A DNA stretch of 64,000 bases from Psammoneis japonica (lineage: Eukaryota): NCBI GenBank assembly GCA_008632985.1, contig QPGO01000082.1, positions 1-64,000 of the forward strand, given 5' to 3'. Of this stretch, positions 39,619-51,932 are shown in pieces. The notes under the pieces are model-generated. The model searched no databases, was not told the DNA's origin, and saw only the letters and a program-made list of their open reading frames with translations. How positions within the stretch are numbered: position 1 is the stretch's first letter; each line of letters opens with the position of its first letter. The position numbers and the translations under genes are program-made.

Positions 39619-40928
39619 CTCCTGCAAAACCGTATGGACGATGACCACCGACCATGTGCTCGAGCATTGCGTTATACTCCTCCTTGCTCCAAGTAATGCC
39701 CACATGACAATGTGGTGTTGCGCTTCGACCGCTTCCCATCGTACATACTTGTAAATCAAGCGCGGTGAAACGGCTGCGACACATTGGATTTGTCTCTTGA
39801 CGACATGCGCATCTCTGGTCCAATTCGATCAGGGGTTTTCCATAATCTCGAAGACGATGGTAGAGAATTGTTCATGGCTACTAACTAATGGAATGAGGAG
39901 GAACCAGTGACAATTATTCAACTTGTGCTGAGAGAGCGTTGTTTCTTGTCCTTCTCGTCAGATCGAAAAGGATGCTCTGGTGTAGAAGTGTGCAGGTGGA
40001 GTTGGAGTGTCTTGCTGTCGCCATTGTAGGGAACAGAAGCGGACGAAGCAATACGAAAGTTTACGAGAAAATCGCCGCAGCTGGAATATTTGAAACAAGG
40101 TTTTTTGACTGATCAACCAACCGTCGGTGTGCATGTCTTCGAAGGGATCGACAGAGATTGCAGACCAACCGTAGCCATGAGAATTGGTGCCAAGCTAAGA
40201 TAGGAGAGAACGACACCTTCGAGGACAATAAAGCATGGAGAGGAAATTTCTCTCTCCAACTTTGGCAGACTCGCGCTTCCGCTGACTTGTTGGCTCAGCA
40301 CGCGAAAAAAGGATTGTATCACTTCCGCCCAATGTCGTCGTGACGAAGAGAGTCGATCCTTTGTTTCCATTCGAGAGAAGAAGTATACTCTGCCATGTTG
40401 TATTGTCATGAAGTTAATGATGATCTAGTCGTTCCAAAAAGAACACTACAATGCGAGGATTTTGTGTTACGGGTATTGGGCACAGAAGATGATTCAAGAA
40501 GATCGNCATTCTCATTCTTGGTTGTGTGGTAAGCTGTTTTAGCTTGATACCAACAAAACTGATCCCAAACGACATTCTTCAGATTGCAGTTCTTACGTAT
40601 CGTGCAATTGCGAACCCCGCGGGATTTCCAGATTCATTGTCCTTATCTGCGGATGAGCGACGCGGGAAACTCGGTCGAAGAGGAAAGGGCGGGGCATATC
40701 AGAATAGGCTAAGGTCAACGACGAAACAGCAAGGCTTGCACAATCATAGCATAGAATAGAGTAATAGCCGGGTCAAGATAATGCATTATGCCAAATTTAA
40801 AAGTTGCAGATAATTATGGTACACGCAATCGGATCTTACAACGCACAGTCACACTTGCGTGCGCAAATTCCCCGTAGTCAGTCTATGAGCTTCGAGGGAT
40901 TGTGGAAACCATATCCAATGTTCTTTAT

Positions 40929-41213
40929 TTACTTTGAGGCCGACAAGAGGAAAAAGACGGGGAGCAACAATGCCAAGCCAACGGAGCCCAAGTAAGCAGC
41001 ATTCTTGAAAACGGCGGGGTTCAATCTCTCCTTCGGCTCTTCTGGGTCAACCTTGATCTTGAGGTTTAAGGCGGTGGAGGAAGCGAAATGAGATGCTTGC
41101 GGAAAAGAAGTGGCAGGACGAGCCCCCGCGACCTTGTTGATGGGTGCGACGCTGAATCCAGAGATGCAGGTAGCTGCGATGGCTAGAAGGAGGAAGGAGA
41201 AGAATCTGCTCAT
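40929..41213 (-). CDS. Small plastid-targeted single-TM protein
   Basis: Signal peptide ending ISG-FSV, transit-like segment ending STALNL, short mature part with a C-terminal TM. Confidence 0.75.
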   Translation of the reverse strand: MSRFFSFLLLAIAATCISGFSVAPINKVAGARPATSFPQASHFASSTALNLKIKVDPEEPKERLNPAVFKNAAYLGSVGLALLLPVFFLLSASK

Positions 41214-42259
41214 TGTCAATGTGGTGAGAGTAGTATGATGCTCAGAGGTCGTCGCTTGAAAGAAGATATGCTTTGGGAAGAAGTATGATAAGAATATTAA
41301 TAAGAAAGAGTTGGTGTTTTGACGAGGTTGAGATGGAGTGATGATGTGGTTGCAACTGACTCAGGGTGGAGGGAAGGTTTTGAAAATCAAAATCAAAAAT
41401 CAAAACGGCATGACGTGGTGTTGCGCGCTGCGTACGCGCGATCGATCGAAGGCGCCCGCGCTCTCGATCCCGTTGGCGACATGGCCATGTCCGTCAGACG
41501 TACGTCCGACTCCTATCATCATGCTTTATTATTTGTGCTTTTTCCTTTTTCACGCTTGCGGCGCGGCTACAAGTTATGATACAGTACAGCACGTTCCTCT
41601 TCTCCATGACGATTTGGACATACACGGTATCTATGATACCTCCTACTATCGGTACCGTAATCGGAGGTCTAAAAACAAAAGGCGTCAGACTAGGCGATGG
41701 TCAAAGGCACGCGTGAAAAGTGAAGAGCCAGTGGTGCTGCTCATTCCTCGGAACACAAACGAGTGGCCTTCACACAATGTTGCGCAGACTTGCCTTTCAT
41801 TCCCTCCTGGCTTGATTGTATTGATTGAATCGATGGAGCATAAACATCCAAGACAGTTTGGCCTTATTTCAACCAGACATCGAGCATGCAGAAGTTGGAA
41901 TTTGAAGACCCAAATGCTGTACAGTACTCTACTACATACCGGTAGAGTAGAGAGTAGATGATAGACCAAGTGATAGACTCTAGCTAGACTACAGTACCGT
42001 ACCTTTTAGTTTTGCTGGAGTGAGAAAGATCCGCGTTCAGTGAGTCGTGAGTGCAGTGCAGTATGTCTTTACGTGGTTTGTACGCAGACGTTCTCGCGCC
42101 GTCTCGGCTCGCTCACGAGTCTGGAATTGTGATTCGTGATTCACATTCAAGGTCGCACTTTACTTCGCACTATGACTTGCGACTGAACACTATTTTAGTA
42201 CGAGTATTTGAGATCGATGCTTATTACTTACACTACTGGTTCTCATACTATCACCAACC

Positions 42260-44815
42260 ATGGATAACACCAGACGAAACTCGATCTATTCGCCTCGATA
42301 TGAGGCAGGCAGAAGTGATTTCATATCCTCACACGACGACACCGCTGAGGAATGGGATGCTGAGGAGCTCGCGGTTCGAGATGAAAGGAGCCTGAACTAT
42401 TCTATTGAGTCAAGTGCGTTCAACTCTAACTATGACTATAGACGTCGTAGGCCTTCTAGAGACGATACCACGCTTGTCAGCGTAACTTCCGCGCAGCAAA
42501 GGTCTTTCACTCGCGACGTAGACAGCATTGGGCCATGGGATATGACTTCGATGTCGTCTGCAGTCGTCGGCGATGAATGGGGTGTCCACAAAGTGAGCAA
42601 TGCATACGAGGATATGCAAGAACATTCATTGGCTTCATTGGACTCAGTGTCCTTGTACTATGACTACAAAAACGAAAACGACGGTAGGAGAAACATGGAT
42701 GTAGTAGAGAATGAGGACGATCACAAAGGACGAGATAGAGCAACATCCGGGGAAGAATCATCGCTCAGTATTGTGAATAAGAAACAAACCTACAATGGTA
42801 CATCAAGTTCAGAGAGTAGTAGAACCTCTTTTTGGCAACGGAAAAGAGGGGCGAGCAATAGAACTTCAACAGAAGATGCAGGAAGTTTTTCACGAGGTCA
42901 GGTCATCGCCAATTCAGACTCGAGTCCAGTCTCCGGTTCGATTGATTCTAGTAGAAGACTTTCGCAGGACAATCAAGAAGAAAATATTCAAAGCTCAGTG
43001 AAGACTATCGAGGAAGATAGGCGTTTTACTGTTTTGCATGATTCCGTCGCTTCCTCTTGTCACGAGCAACACTGCGATGAGGAAGTTGGAACCCAGAATC
43101 AAAGCACAACGACATCGAAAACGGACAGCACTGGCAGCGAAGCTGGGTTGCCTCAGGAATTAGTTGAGAAAAAAAGAGAAAAGGGTGTGCCTCCAGGTCT
43201 AGGGACACGCTTACTAGATCAGTCTCGTCATCTGGTGAACAGCGTTATCTCTTTTCGATCGCAAGATAGCAATGATCGAGTTGCGGACGAAACACCACTC
43301 TTTGACTACAGCAGCTATGGGGTTCCCCAAGATCAAGATGACACAGCAATGAGCGCGGTTACATATGACTACAGCAGCTATGGTGTGCCCCGAGGTGATG
43401 ACGACATTGCTGTACCATATCATCAGAGAGATGCGTCACAGGAGATCTCTGTTGAAAGTAGCAGCATGTTTAGTGCGACTCCAGCGCTCACGCGTCAGTC
43501 GAAAAGAGGGGGCAGATGCACTGGCAGGCGATTTGTTATTGTTGTTTGTCTCTTGTGTGGAATAGTCTTTGGCATTTCTGTGGCAGTCGCAGTGATATTC
43601 TTCAGAGAGAACGAAGGTAATAACAACACAGAATTCGTTTCTCCGACGTTGACACCGAGCCCACCGACAACTCTCCAGCCAACGAATCCACAAGGTACAG
43701 GGTCTCTCCCACCTGAGCTGCTTCCCGATGTTCCGTGTGAAACGGGAGCGGTTCCTTTTGATGTTCTCATTGAGACAGACGCATTTCCCGCGGATACGAC
43801 TTGGGAGGTTATTCAAAACTCGGTATCTGTTGCTCAAGGTGGTCCCTATGACGATCCATTCACGACCGTCATTGAGCGAGTTTGCATATTACCAGCTGTA
43901 TCAGATGGAAAGGATTGCATCTCTTTTGTTATAACAGACCTCGACGGGCTTTGCTGTGAGAACGGAGAAGGCCGATATTCGTTCTTCATGCAGGGTGTAG
44001 AGCTGACAAGCGGCGGAAAGTTCCTATCATCAGAAGGTTTCAGAGAGTGCTTCGATCTCCAAGCATCGACGCCGTCACCAACGCAAGCTAGTTCACAAGG
44101 AAGTACGCCCCCAAGTCCGATCGTAACGCCCAGTCCAACCACAGCGCCAACTGCGGCGTCTACTCCTTCTCCTACTACTACATTTTCACCAACGTCAAGC
44201 CCAACTTCTGAGCCAACTCCAACACCGACATCTCCTACTTTGTCTCCAACACCCGTACCCACACAGACTCCGTCAACTCCTGAACCTACACCAAGTCCAA
44301 CCACAGTTTCAACACCATCACCAACATCTACTGCAACACCAGAACCCACCCAGACTCCGTCAACTCCCGAACCTACACCAAGTCCAACCACAGTTTCAAC
44401 ACCACCTTCGACATCTCCACCGCCAACTTTGATTCCAACTCCTGAAGCTACACCAAGTCCAACTATACCTTCGACGCCAGTACCGACATCTGCACAGAGT
44501 CCAAGGCCGACACCTCAGCCGACGCCTGATCCGACACCAAGCCCAACTCCGAGACCAACGCCATCGCCGCTTCCACAACAGACTTGTTTGAGCAGATATG
44601 GCAGCGACATTGATGTCTGTAGTGAGTTTCTGCCGTCTGGAGAGTGCACCTTTTTCGTATCCTTGGGAGGTGAGAGTTGCGATGATTATTGCAACAGCCG
44701 TGGCGGAACGTGCTTGTCGGCGCAGGATAATATCCCTGGTCTGAGTTGCGCTAGTTTTCGTGAGCATGCATGCAGTGCAAGCAGAACCGCCACGATTTGC
44801 ACTTGCAGTCTCTAG
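42260..44815 (+). CDS. Type II membrane protein: long disordered N-terminus, [12 protein letters not shown]...DGLCC domain, PT/PS-rich stalk, Cys-rich C-terminus
   Basis: Uninterrupted 851 aa ORF with [26 protein letters not shown]. Internal repeats: DYSSYGVP x2 and an 87-bp-period [19 protein letters not shown] x2. Confidence 0.85.
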   Translation: MDNTRRNSIYSPRYEAGRSDFISSHDDTAEEWDAEELAVRDERSLNYSIESSAFNSNYDYRRRRPSRDDTTLVSVTSAQQRSFTRDVDSIGPWDMTSMSSAVVGDEWGVHKVSNAYEDMQEHSLASLDSVSLYYDYKNENDGRRNMDVVENEDDHKGRDRATSGEESSLSIVNKKQTYNGTSSSESSRTSFWQRKRGASNRTSTEDAGSFSRGQVIANSDSSPVSGSIDSSRRLSQDNQEENIQSSVKTIEEDRRFTVLHDSVASSCHEQHCDEEVGTQNQSTTTSKTDSTGSEAGLPQELVEKKREKGVPPGLGTRLLDQSRHLVNSVISFRSQDSNDRVADETPLFDYSSYGVPQDQDDTAMSAVTYDYSSYGVPRGDDDIAVPYHQRDASQEISVESSSMFSATPALTRQSKRGGRCTGRRFVIVVCLLCGIVFGISVAVAVIFFRENEGNNNTEFVSPTLTPSPPTTLQPTNPQGTGSLPPELLPDVPCETGAVPFDVLIETDAFPADTTWEVIQNSVSVAQGGPYDDPFTTVIERVCILPAVSDGKDCISFVITDLDGLCCENGEGRYSFFMQGVELTSGGKFLSSEGFRECFDLQASTPSPTQASSQGSTPPSPIVTPSPTTAPTAASTPSPTTTFSPTSSPTSEPTPTPTSPTLSPTPVPTQTPSTPEPTPSPTTVSTPSPTSTATPEPTQTPSTPEPTPSPTTVSTPPSTSPPPTLIPTPEATPSPTIPSTPVPTSAQSPRPTPQPTPDPTPSPTPRPTPSPLPQQTCLSRYGSDIDVCSEFLPSGECTFFVSLGGESCDDYCNSRGGTCLSAQDNIPGLSCASFREHACSASRTATICTCSL

Positions 44816-44843
44816 AGAGATACGGGCAAGTCTGAAATAAAAT

Positions 44844-45110
44844 TTAGATAGTACGGTACACAAAGTATTTCATTTTAAAGCAGAAACAAGAGTCGCTCTG
44901 TTGTTGCTGCGCTTGCGATGATGCCTGGGTAGAAAGCATTCTTGCGCCCGAGGGCGCTTCTGTTTGTTCAGTACCGACTAGACTCCCCAGAGACTCCTTG
45001 ACAAGGTCTTGGTGATGCTTAACAAAGGGCTGCAAGTCAAATTGAAAAGGTCGATCACCGTAGTTGCAAGACACGGGATGATTTGTATCCACTCCAACGG
45101 TTGGATACAA
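44844..45110 (-). pseudogene. Isolated 3' fragment of a SPRY-domain gene paralogous to 37497-39137
   Basis: YPTVGVDTNHPVSCNYGDRPFQFDLQPFVKHHQDLVKESL versus YPTIGVDTNCPVACNFGERPFEFDLTPLVKSHEEIVERSL. No upstream SPRY sequence found. Confidence 0.8.
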
Positions 45111-45328
45111 TCCATCGGATACAACGCGTGCGTCCGAAGGGCTCCTTGCTCACTCGATTGTTCAAGCCCATTCAAAATAAGACTGGACTTTGCTCTTACT
45201 TCAATAGCAGTGTGAGATTAAGCCAAATCAAACCAAAAGACTGAGCACATGACGTATGTATCTTACGTATAAACGAGGAGTCAATTCAACACTACTCCTT
45301 TCTATGAGTTGCTCAAGTACGGGACCAC

Positions 45329-46090
45329 CTAGTCAAGTGACACACCTGCTAGTTCGGTAGTGTCTCTGTCACGAGTGGAGATGGCATTGTCCCTTTCGAT
45401 TGAAACAGTAATACAAAATGGTGTTCCCACCTCATCAGCTGGTCGGTACCGTCGTCCAATGGCCCCGGCACCAGCCCAGGCTACATTCCAACGAAACTTT
45501 AATTGCTCAAACAAATTTTGTGATGTCTCGATTAGCTCTGGCTTATTTTTGACAAGAGGTAGGATGGATGCCTTGATGGGAGAAACACTCTGATGAAACT
45601 TGAGAAAGTTACGTTTCTCTCCTCCAATCTCATCTTCGGCGTACACAGAGCATCTCAGCATCAAACGGTCGACACCGAGGGACGGTTCCATGCAATGTGG
45701 GATAAACTTCTCCTTGCTTTGATCGTCAAAGCATTCCAAGGCTATGAAAAGAACAAGTTATGTGAGTACAACATGAGGTCACCGCTGCGCATGACAATCA
45801 ATGACAATCACTCTTGCCGGATCCTTCCAAATGTTGTGTCAAGTCAAAGTCGCCACGAGCAGCAATCCCATACAGTACGCTCTTGGGTTCCAAACGGAAA
45901 CTTGAATGTAATAACAGTACAAGCACGGACGTAATGAGCCTAGTTGTCTCCGTGGTGAATATCCCAATTCATCAAAACCTCCCAATCTTGCTTTCATGTT
46001 TCGTGGTGCGGTTTCCACACGTCCTCATCAACGGGCGGGATGCAATACTTTGCTCGAATCCACGAGAACGGAAGATGAAATGATGACTCC
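45329..46090 (-). pseudogene. Glycyl-tRNA synthetase (class II, alpha2-type) C-terminal fragment, disrupted
   Basis: FIFRSRGFEQ (motif 2), AHYVRACT.ITFKFPFG, IAARGDFDLTQH, EPSLGVDRL (motif 3), GAIGRRYRPADEVGTPFCITV. Contains frameshifts, a stop and deletions. Confidence 0.85.
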
Positions 46091-47017
46091 AAAGACATCG
46101 TTTGGGCATGACCATACAGTTAGAGGTGGGACGATACAGAATCCAGCAACGGCAAGAGCTAAAGATCGTCGCACCATCTTCTGGTGAGAAAAAATGAGAA
46201 GCAAAGCAAGCGCAAAGATACAAAAATTTGAAATATAAAACATCCATGATCATAAATTTGGAAATGTTAAAAATCTACGTCTGATGTGCGTCCGCAAAGA
46301 TCCGACGACTAACCGTGTAGAGCAATGCGCGACCACACACCACACAAGCATCAATCAAAGAACGAGAGCGACTTGACCATGACGCTCGCGATCGATTTGC
46401 CGCTCGTATTTGGAAGATTCGTCATGCCAGTACCGGTTCCGACATTTTTGAAAATATCTGATCCCACTGGGACAAGTTGACGAAACCTACCAGGCACCAA
46501 GAGCACACGAGTCGTGGAAGACCGAAGAATTGACAGTTCCGTGGATTTTAGAAGTACGTGCTTCTGGTACACGTGCAATCCGATTCTGAACTCAGTTCTG
46601 CTCTCGATTTGCTCATAATTCTGACAATCAACTCAAACAACACGGCAGCGAAATGGAAGAGTTGGTTGTGTTTCTCTTTTGACCATGGCGCTCGTTAAAG
46701 TGGCCATGGGCGCTCTGCTTGCTGCCGGCTTTGTCGTTGCAGAGTAAGGTATGTGTGTTCTTGTCGCGATAGTGTCTCGTGTTGTTCCCTTTTCTTTTGT
46801 ATTTCATCCACTCACCTCACTCTCTCCTTCCTGTGCACAGAGACAGAATTATCATTTCACCGTGGTTGTGGGCAAGAAGCGGATACGTGTGATGGGACTT
46901 TTGGATGCTGGTTTCTAGGTTGCATAGCGGTCTGGGATTTTCAAGACGGGTCGATGTACTGATTGTGGTTTTGAGATTGGATTCACCAAGGGGACGATTC
47001 GAAAAGCACAGCAGCAA

Positions 47018-47637
47018 TACGAGGCTACCTATTAGGACTTGAGCAGACGTGGCACTCGGTCTCCCAACGACGTTGGAACAAGAGACGGCCTCTTGTCAAT
47101 TGCTCTAACCCGAAGCAGTAGCAGAACTCGTACTTGACTTGTTGTGGCTTTTGCTGCCGTGGGGTAGCGTGAACGTGGAAGCGGGGTTACTCATTAGGAC
47201 TTGAACAGACGTGGCACTCAGTCTCGTAAACCGAGACGGCCTCTTGTCAATTGTTCAGACTCGAAGCAGTAACGCGAACTCGCGCACGAATTCACAGGTA
47301 CGGAATGTTAGACTGCGGGGTCACCTACTAGGGCTTGGGTAGATGTGAAGGCTTCAGCCTCTCATCAATTACTCGTAGTCGCGAAGCAGTGACACAACAA
47401 CTCGCACGCATATCCATTGGTTGGGAGAAGAACGATTTTGCCGCACAGGCAAGGTGGACGTTAGACGGGGCTACCTAATAGGGCATCGGCGGACCGGGCA
47501 ATCAGCCTTTACCGATAGTCACGAAGCAGTAGCGCAACACTCGCCAACGCATTCACCAAGGGGGGCATTACGTCAGTTGTGGGGTTGCCTACTAGGGCTA
47601 CCTGTGAGGTAGTTTCGAAGCAGCAGCAAAAACTCAC
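47018..47637 (+). ncRNA. Array of five homologous structured-RNA units of unknown family
   Basis: Units at 47018-47132, 47181-47283, 47314-47406, ~47465-47545 and 47579-47637 share YYAHUAGG ... CGAAGCA. Their closing helices covary: GCTAC/GTAGC, GTTAC/GTAAC, GTCAC/GTGAC, GCTAC/GTAGC, GTTGC/GCAGC. Confidence 0.7.
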
Positions 47638-48199
47638 CAGATGCCCCCACCTGTTCCACCAACAAGTCCTTCCGAAGAGGTGTTTGTTACAACATCCGGG
47701 GACGATGTCAGACCATTTCAAGGCTAGTACTCAGACTTTTGATGACTCAATCAGTTCAAGAACATTGCAATCTATTGGAGAAACGCGCTTTCTCTATACT
47801 TCCACCATCTCGGTTCGCTTTTACAGCACAAGAATTCAGGCTCGCAGTAGACGAGGCCGCTTCAGACGTCTTGTTGAAACAGAGAGGCGACATTGACGAA
47901 AGAGAATTCATTGACCACGCTCTAATTCAGGCTCGCATTGCTATCATGTAAGTCGTGTCACTTCGGAAGTCAAGCTTGTTGTTCAAACATTGACGAAAGA
48001 GAATAGAATAAAGGAATAGAACAAGAGTTCCTAACATGGCTATCTTTATTTTCGTGTAGTTTATTTAGTTCCAGGACGCACGTCAATTTTCGTACAGCTC
48101 TCTTACTTACAGACGTCTTCTCTTCAGCAAGGGGTATTCGTTATGACATACCCCAAGGTTTGTTGCTTTCTCATCTCAACGAGGAACCCTGAAAAGCTT

Positions 48200-49500
48200 A
48201 CTATCAGCCGCGCCTCAGCTCCTTTTGCAGTTGAAGCGGGCATCACAAAGGCCATCGTGACAGAACCGTGTCATTGAAATGTCCTTGGCGCTGCCAAATG
48301 ACTACACCCTCGAATACAAGCCAGGCGATTTCCTATGTTTGATTGTTCACAACATGCCACAGGCAGTTGGGTTCGATCTTGAGATGTTGCGAAGAAACCA
48401 CGGTATCAAGTCAACGCAGACGGTGTCTGTTGATGTTAACCATCCAATCACCGTCGCGGAGGCGGTTGCCAATCACATCAATTTGTGTTCTCCATTGACG
48501 AACAAGCGCAGTTGCATTTGCTTTCTCAATTTGTGCGCCTTGAGACTTCTTGCTTCGAAAACTCCACAGGGGCGGCAAATTTCTGACACGTATGTTCATG
48601 GTCGGCGCATGTCAGCAGTTGACATACTTCATGACTTTCCATCGTGTCGATGTTTGTCGCTGGAAGGACTCTTGGGTATGTTATCAGGCATACCTCCTCG
48701 ATGCCATTCGGTGAGCTCTAGAGCCCGCTTGACAAGCGCAAGCCGCTCAGTCTTACGGTTTCCGTTGTAGATTATCTAACTGTTGTGCTCTGGGCCTAGA
48801 GTAGAGAGTTTGGTAAACAGAGTTGGCAAGGACATCCGTGGTCGGCGACGTATCGGCGGAATTGCGATGTTTGCCCTTTTTGTCTGCTCACTCACTCGAA
48901 AATACTGCAAAGATGCATGTCTTTCTGAAACCGACTGCAGAGTTCCGCGTGCCTGTGACCATGTTGACGCCGCTCACATTGATTGGACCTGGCACGGGCA
49001 TCACTGCTCCTTTTCTGGGATTTCTTTCAAGTTGCTGGGCAGAAATCAAATCTGTGGCATCAGCAGAATTTGCCATTGCATTGGTGGGCAGGGGCACATC
49101 ATGGCGTGGTGGCAACCATGAGCTTGAACCCAACAAGTTGCCCACCTCTGACAGTGATGCGAGGCAGTGGTTGAACCTGGGTGTCGATTGCAGGAGGCAC
49201 CAGTTTTGGATCAAATCATGTGTTCATTGGCTGTTGTCATAAAGAGTGTGATGGCTGCACAGACAAGAAATGGAGCAACTGCACAAAGAGGGCATCATTT
49301 CCAAATCACACGCGGCCTTTTCTTGAGAAAGCCAGCAAAACGAGCCTGTGCCCAGGATCTCATGAAGCAGCAAGGGTCGCAGTTGACTTGTCTTGTTTTG
49401 AGTGTGGACTCATCTGTTTGCATGTGCAGGGATGGGTGCACCTTGGCACATGATGGCATGATGGTCAATCTGTGTCAGTTGATTTTTGATTGCTCGGCAC
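48200..49500 (+). pseudogene. Diflavin reductase fragment (methionine synthase reductase / NADPH-cytochrome P450 reductase family; FAD and NADPH domains), disrupted
   Basis: LEYKPGD, IPPRCHSVSS (family RYYS), LIGPGTGI.APFLGFL, CAQDLM (family YVQD), SVCMCRDG (family YVCGDG). Multiple frameshifts. Confidence 0.8.
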
Positions 49501-50063
49501 AAGAAGAAGGGCAGTGTTGAGACATCATGTCTCTCCCAGAGCCCCGCCTCCCCCCACCATGACCGTTGCAGGACCACCACAACCACAGGATGGAGTTGCC
49601 CCTTGCTGGGGATCCAGCACTGAATCAATGCATCATTGTGTCTTTCCTGCCCAAAAAGCAAGGTCCAGCACTGGCCGTTTTGTTTCGGTCACTGGCCTTC
49701 CCACAAAAACGAAGATGAGGAGCTCAGGAGCGAGCAACGTGGTGCACTCTTTGTGACAGATTCTCGCCCCCACCTCTCCCACCCTCTGGCCCTGCTGTCC
49801 ATCATTGGGTTGGGAGAAGGTATCTGCAGTGCATGTGGAGCCATCTCCACTCCTCAGAACAAAACCTGCCCTTTGGAAGAACCGGCGCTTACTCACGCAC
49901 TTGCAAATTTGTTTCTCGCAGCGCACTCGTCTGACCCAGATAGCATTTTGAGCGTCGCACCGACTGTCGATGGACGGACCAGCCCGCCACGGAGCGTGGT
50001 GGCGTGACTGCTGGCTGCTGGCTGGCTGCGGAGTGATAAAAACTGATCATACAACAAGCAACC

Positions 50064-51688
50064 ATGGCGGACGTCCCTGACGACCAGCACCAAGCCAATG
50101 CACCTGAACAGCTCGTTATTGATGAACAGCAAGTCAATGGGTCGGAAGAGCTTGTTCCAGATAACCAGCAGCGAGGCAGCAATGCCGGAGAGGCAGAGCT
50201 TGTTGATGACGCCGTGCAAAACGCAAGTGAGGAGGAACAGCTCGTTCCCGCTGACAACCAGCACATCAGTGCTCTGGAAGAGCTAGTTCCTGAACTCTCC
50301 ATTCGGGTTCTTTGTTTCCTGAATGTCCGCGACAGAATGGTCTTATCAAGCTGCAGCAAGATTCTCCAAAAGCGTGTGTGTGATGAATGCCCTCAGGTGT
50401 GGCAAACCATTTCGTTTCACCCCGTGGAAAGCGCGTATCGCGAACGTCTTTTGGATCGTCAGCTGTCTGTACTTTTCACCAAGGTTCATGCCAAGCAAGT
50501 GACAACCACTCTCAATCTCAGTGGCTGCCGTAATATCCGTGGAAGAGGATTCAATCCGTTGAACCCTTTAAAGTATTCTCGTGTCTTGGAGCATGTCTCA
50601 CTCGTTGGAAGCGGAGCCGATCTGAACCTTTCTCCCTTTTTGCGGGTCCTTGAAACTCTCCTTCCTTACAAGTTTCAAACACTTCGTGTCAACCACAATC
50701 TCTTTGGTGCTCGTCCCAATGAAGACCTAAAGGAGTTTTTGTGTCGTCTTCGAGAAGCCAAGCTCGAACAAGTACAAGAAAAAGTGTGTAGCTGCTGCGA
50801 GCTGCCTCTTGTGGATCCTTTGCGACAGATTGTTCCGAGCCAGTTTGGGGTACCGGAAACGACTTGTGCTGGATGCAACAAGTCGTTTTGCAGGAGAGGA
50901 AGCTGCCCAATGGGTTTTCGTGAATGTATACACTGCCGTACGTCCTATTGCGATGACTGTGGCGTGATTGCTTCGGTACGTTGAATATCAAGAGTATATC
51001 TACTGTAGTTGTTCTCTCTACCTTATGGTATGTATGAACACTCACGTTTCTATTGCGACGTTTTTACACCTTGCAGTGCTTCTTTTGCGGTAAAAGTCGG
51101 TGCATGCAGACTGCGTGTGGTGGCACGTTTACAAAATGCGGAAGCTGTGAGAAACTCTGTTGCCAAGATTGTATGGAAGAGGAGAAACTGGTCACATGTG
51201 ACTACTGTGGCCGTTATGCGGAACGAATCACCTGCCATGAATGTGCGGAATACGACACTTGCCAAGCCGAATGCACCGTCTGCGCCCACTGTCAGAAAAA
51301 GGGGACGTGTTCTGTATGCAATGACAACTTTTGTATCCAGTGTATTGCGGAAGAAGTTAGGCAGTGTGAGGAGTGCCGTTTGGTCTTTTGTGACAAGGTG
51401 GCATGCTCGAGTTTGGTGCAACGATGTGCTGCGTCGTCATCCGTTTGTGGCAAACACTACTGCGTGAACTGTCGCCAATTTGAGTTCTGCATCACTTGTG
51501 AAAAGAGCTTTTGCATCCAGCATGACCGTCTCGTCGACTGTTTCAAGTGTGGATTGCGCCACTGCCGCTCTTGTGGGCAGAATAAGCACCACTGCCCGTA
51601 CTGTCATCGTCCATGCTACGAATTCGAACAATGCATTTGTGCCGAGATCCACGCGGCCGCCAAGAAGCCCAGGTCGCCTTCTGATTGA
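50064..51688 (+). CDS. F-box-like protein with LRR-like segment and long CxxC-repeat C-terminus; 2 exons
   Basis: LVPELSIRVLCFLNVRD (F-box-like), LNLSGCRNI, and numerous CxxC motifs. Intron 50976-51076 keeps the frame. Confidence 0.8.
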
Positions 51689-51932
51689 CTACATGAAGTG
51701 ATTGGCGTTGGCCACGATTACGACTCGAGACTGTCTTTCCTTTCCCCTTTCATTCCTTTGTTGGTGTGATAGGTTGTTGTTTGGATCGATCATGTCGCAG
51801 TATAGAAGTCTACATTCGCATGACTATTGAAACTTCCTTTTGCGGTTCTCGCAACGGATCTACTCTTAGAAGCTAGCATTCACCCTGCCAGAGAACTCTC
51901 TAGTTAGCCTAGTGTACCTCTAGTGAGACAGT

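Noticed and set aside
40506..40506. Single ambiguous base (n)
   Set aside because: Assembly ambiguity, not biology.
41338..41961. 207 aa + strand ORF
   Set aside because: No recognisable motif, and it spans the divergent intergenic region between two well-supported genes.
47018..47637. CRISPR array, or a canonical hammerhead/HDV/twister/pistol ribozyme or TPP riboswitch
   Set aside because: Repeats are not identical and spacing is irregular, there are no cas genes, and the context is eukaryotic. The diagnostic cores (CUGANGA/GAAA, the HDV nested pseudoknot, TPP CUGAGA) were not found.
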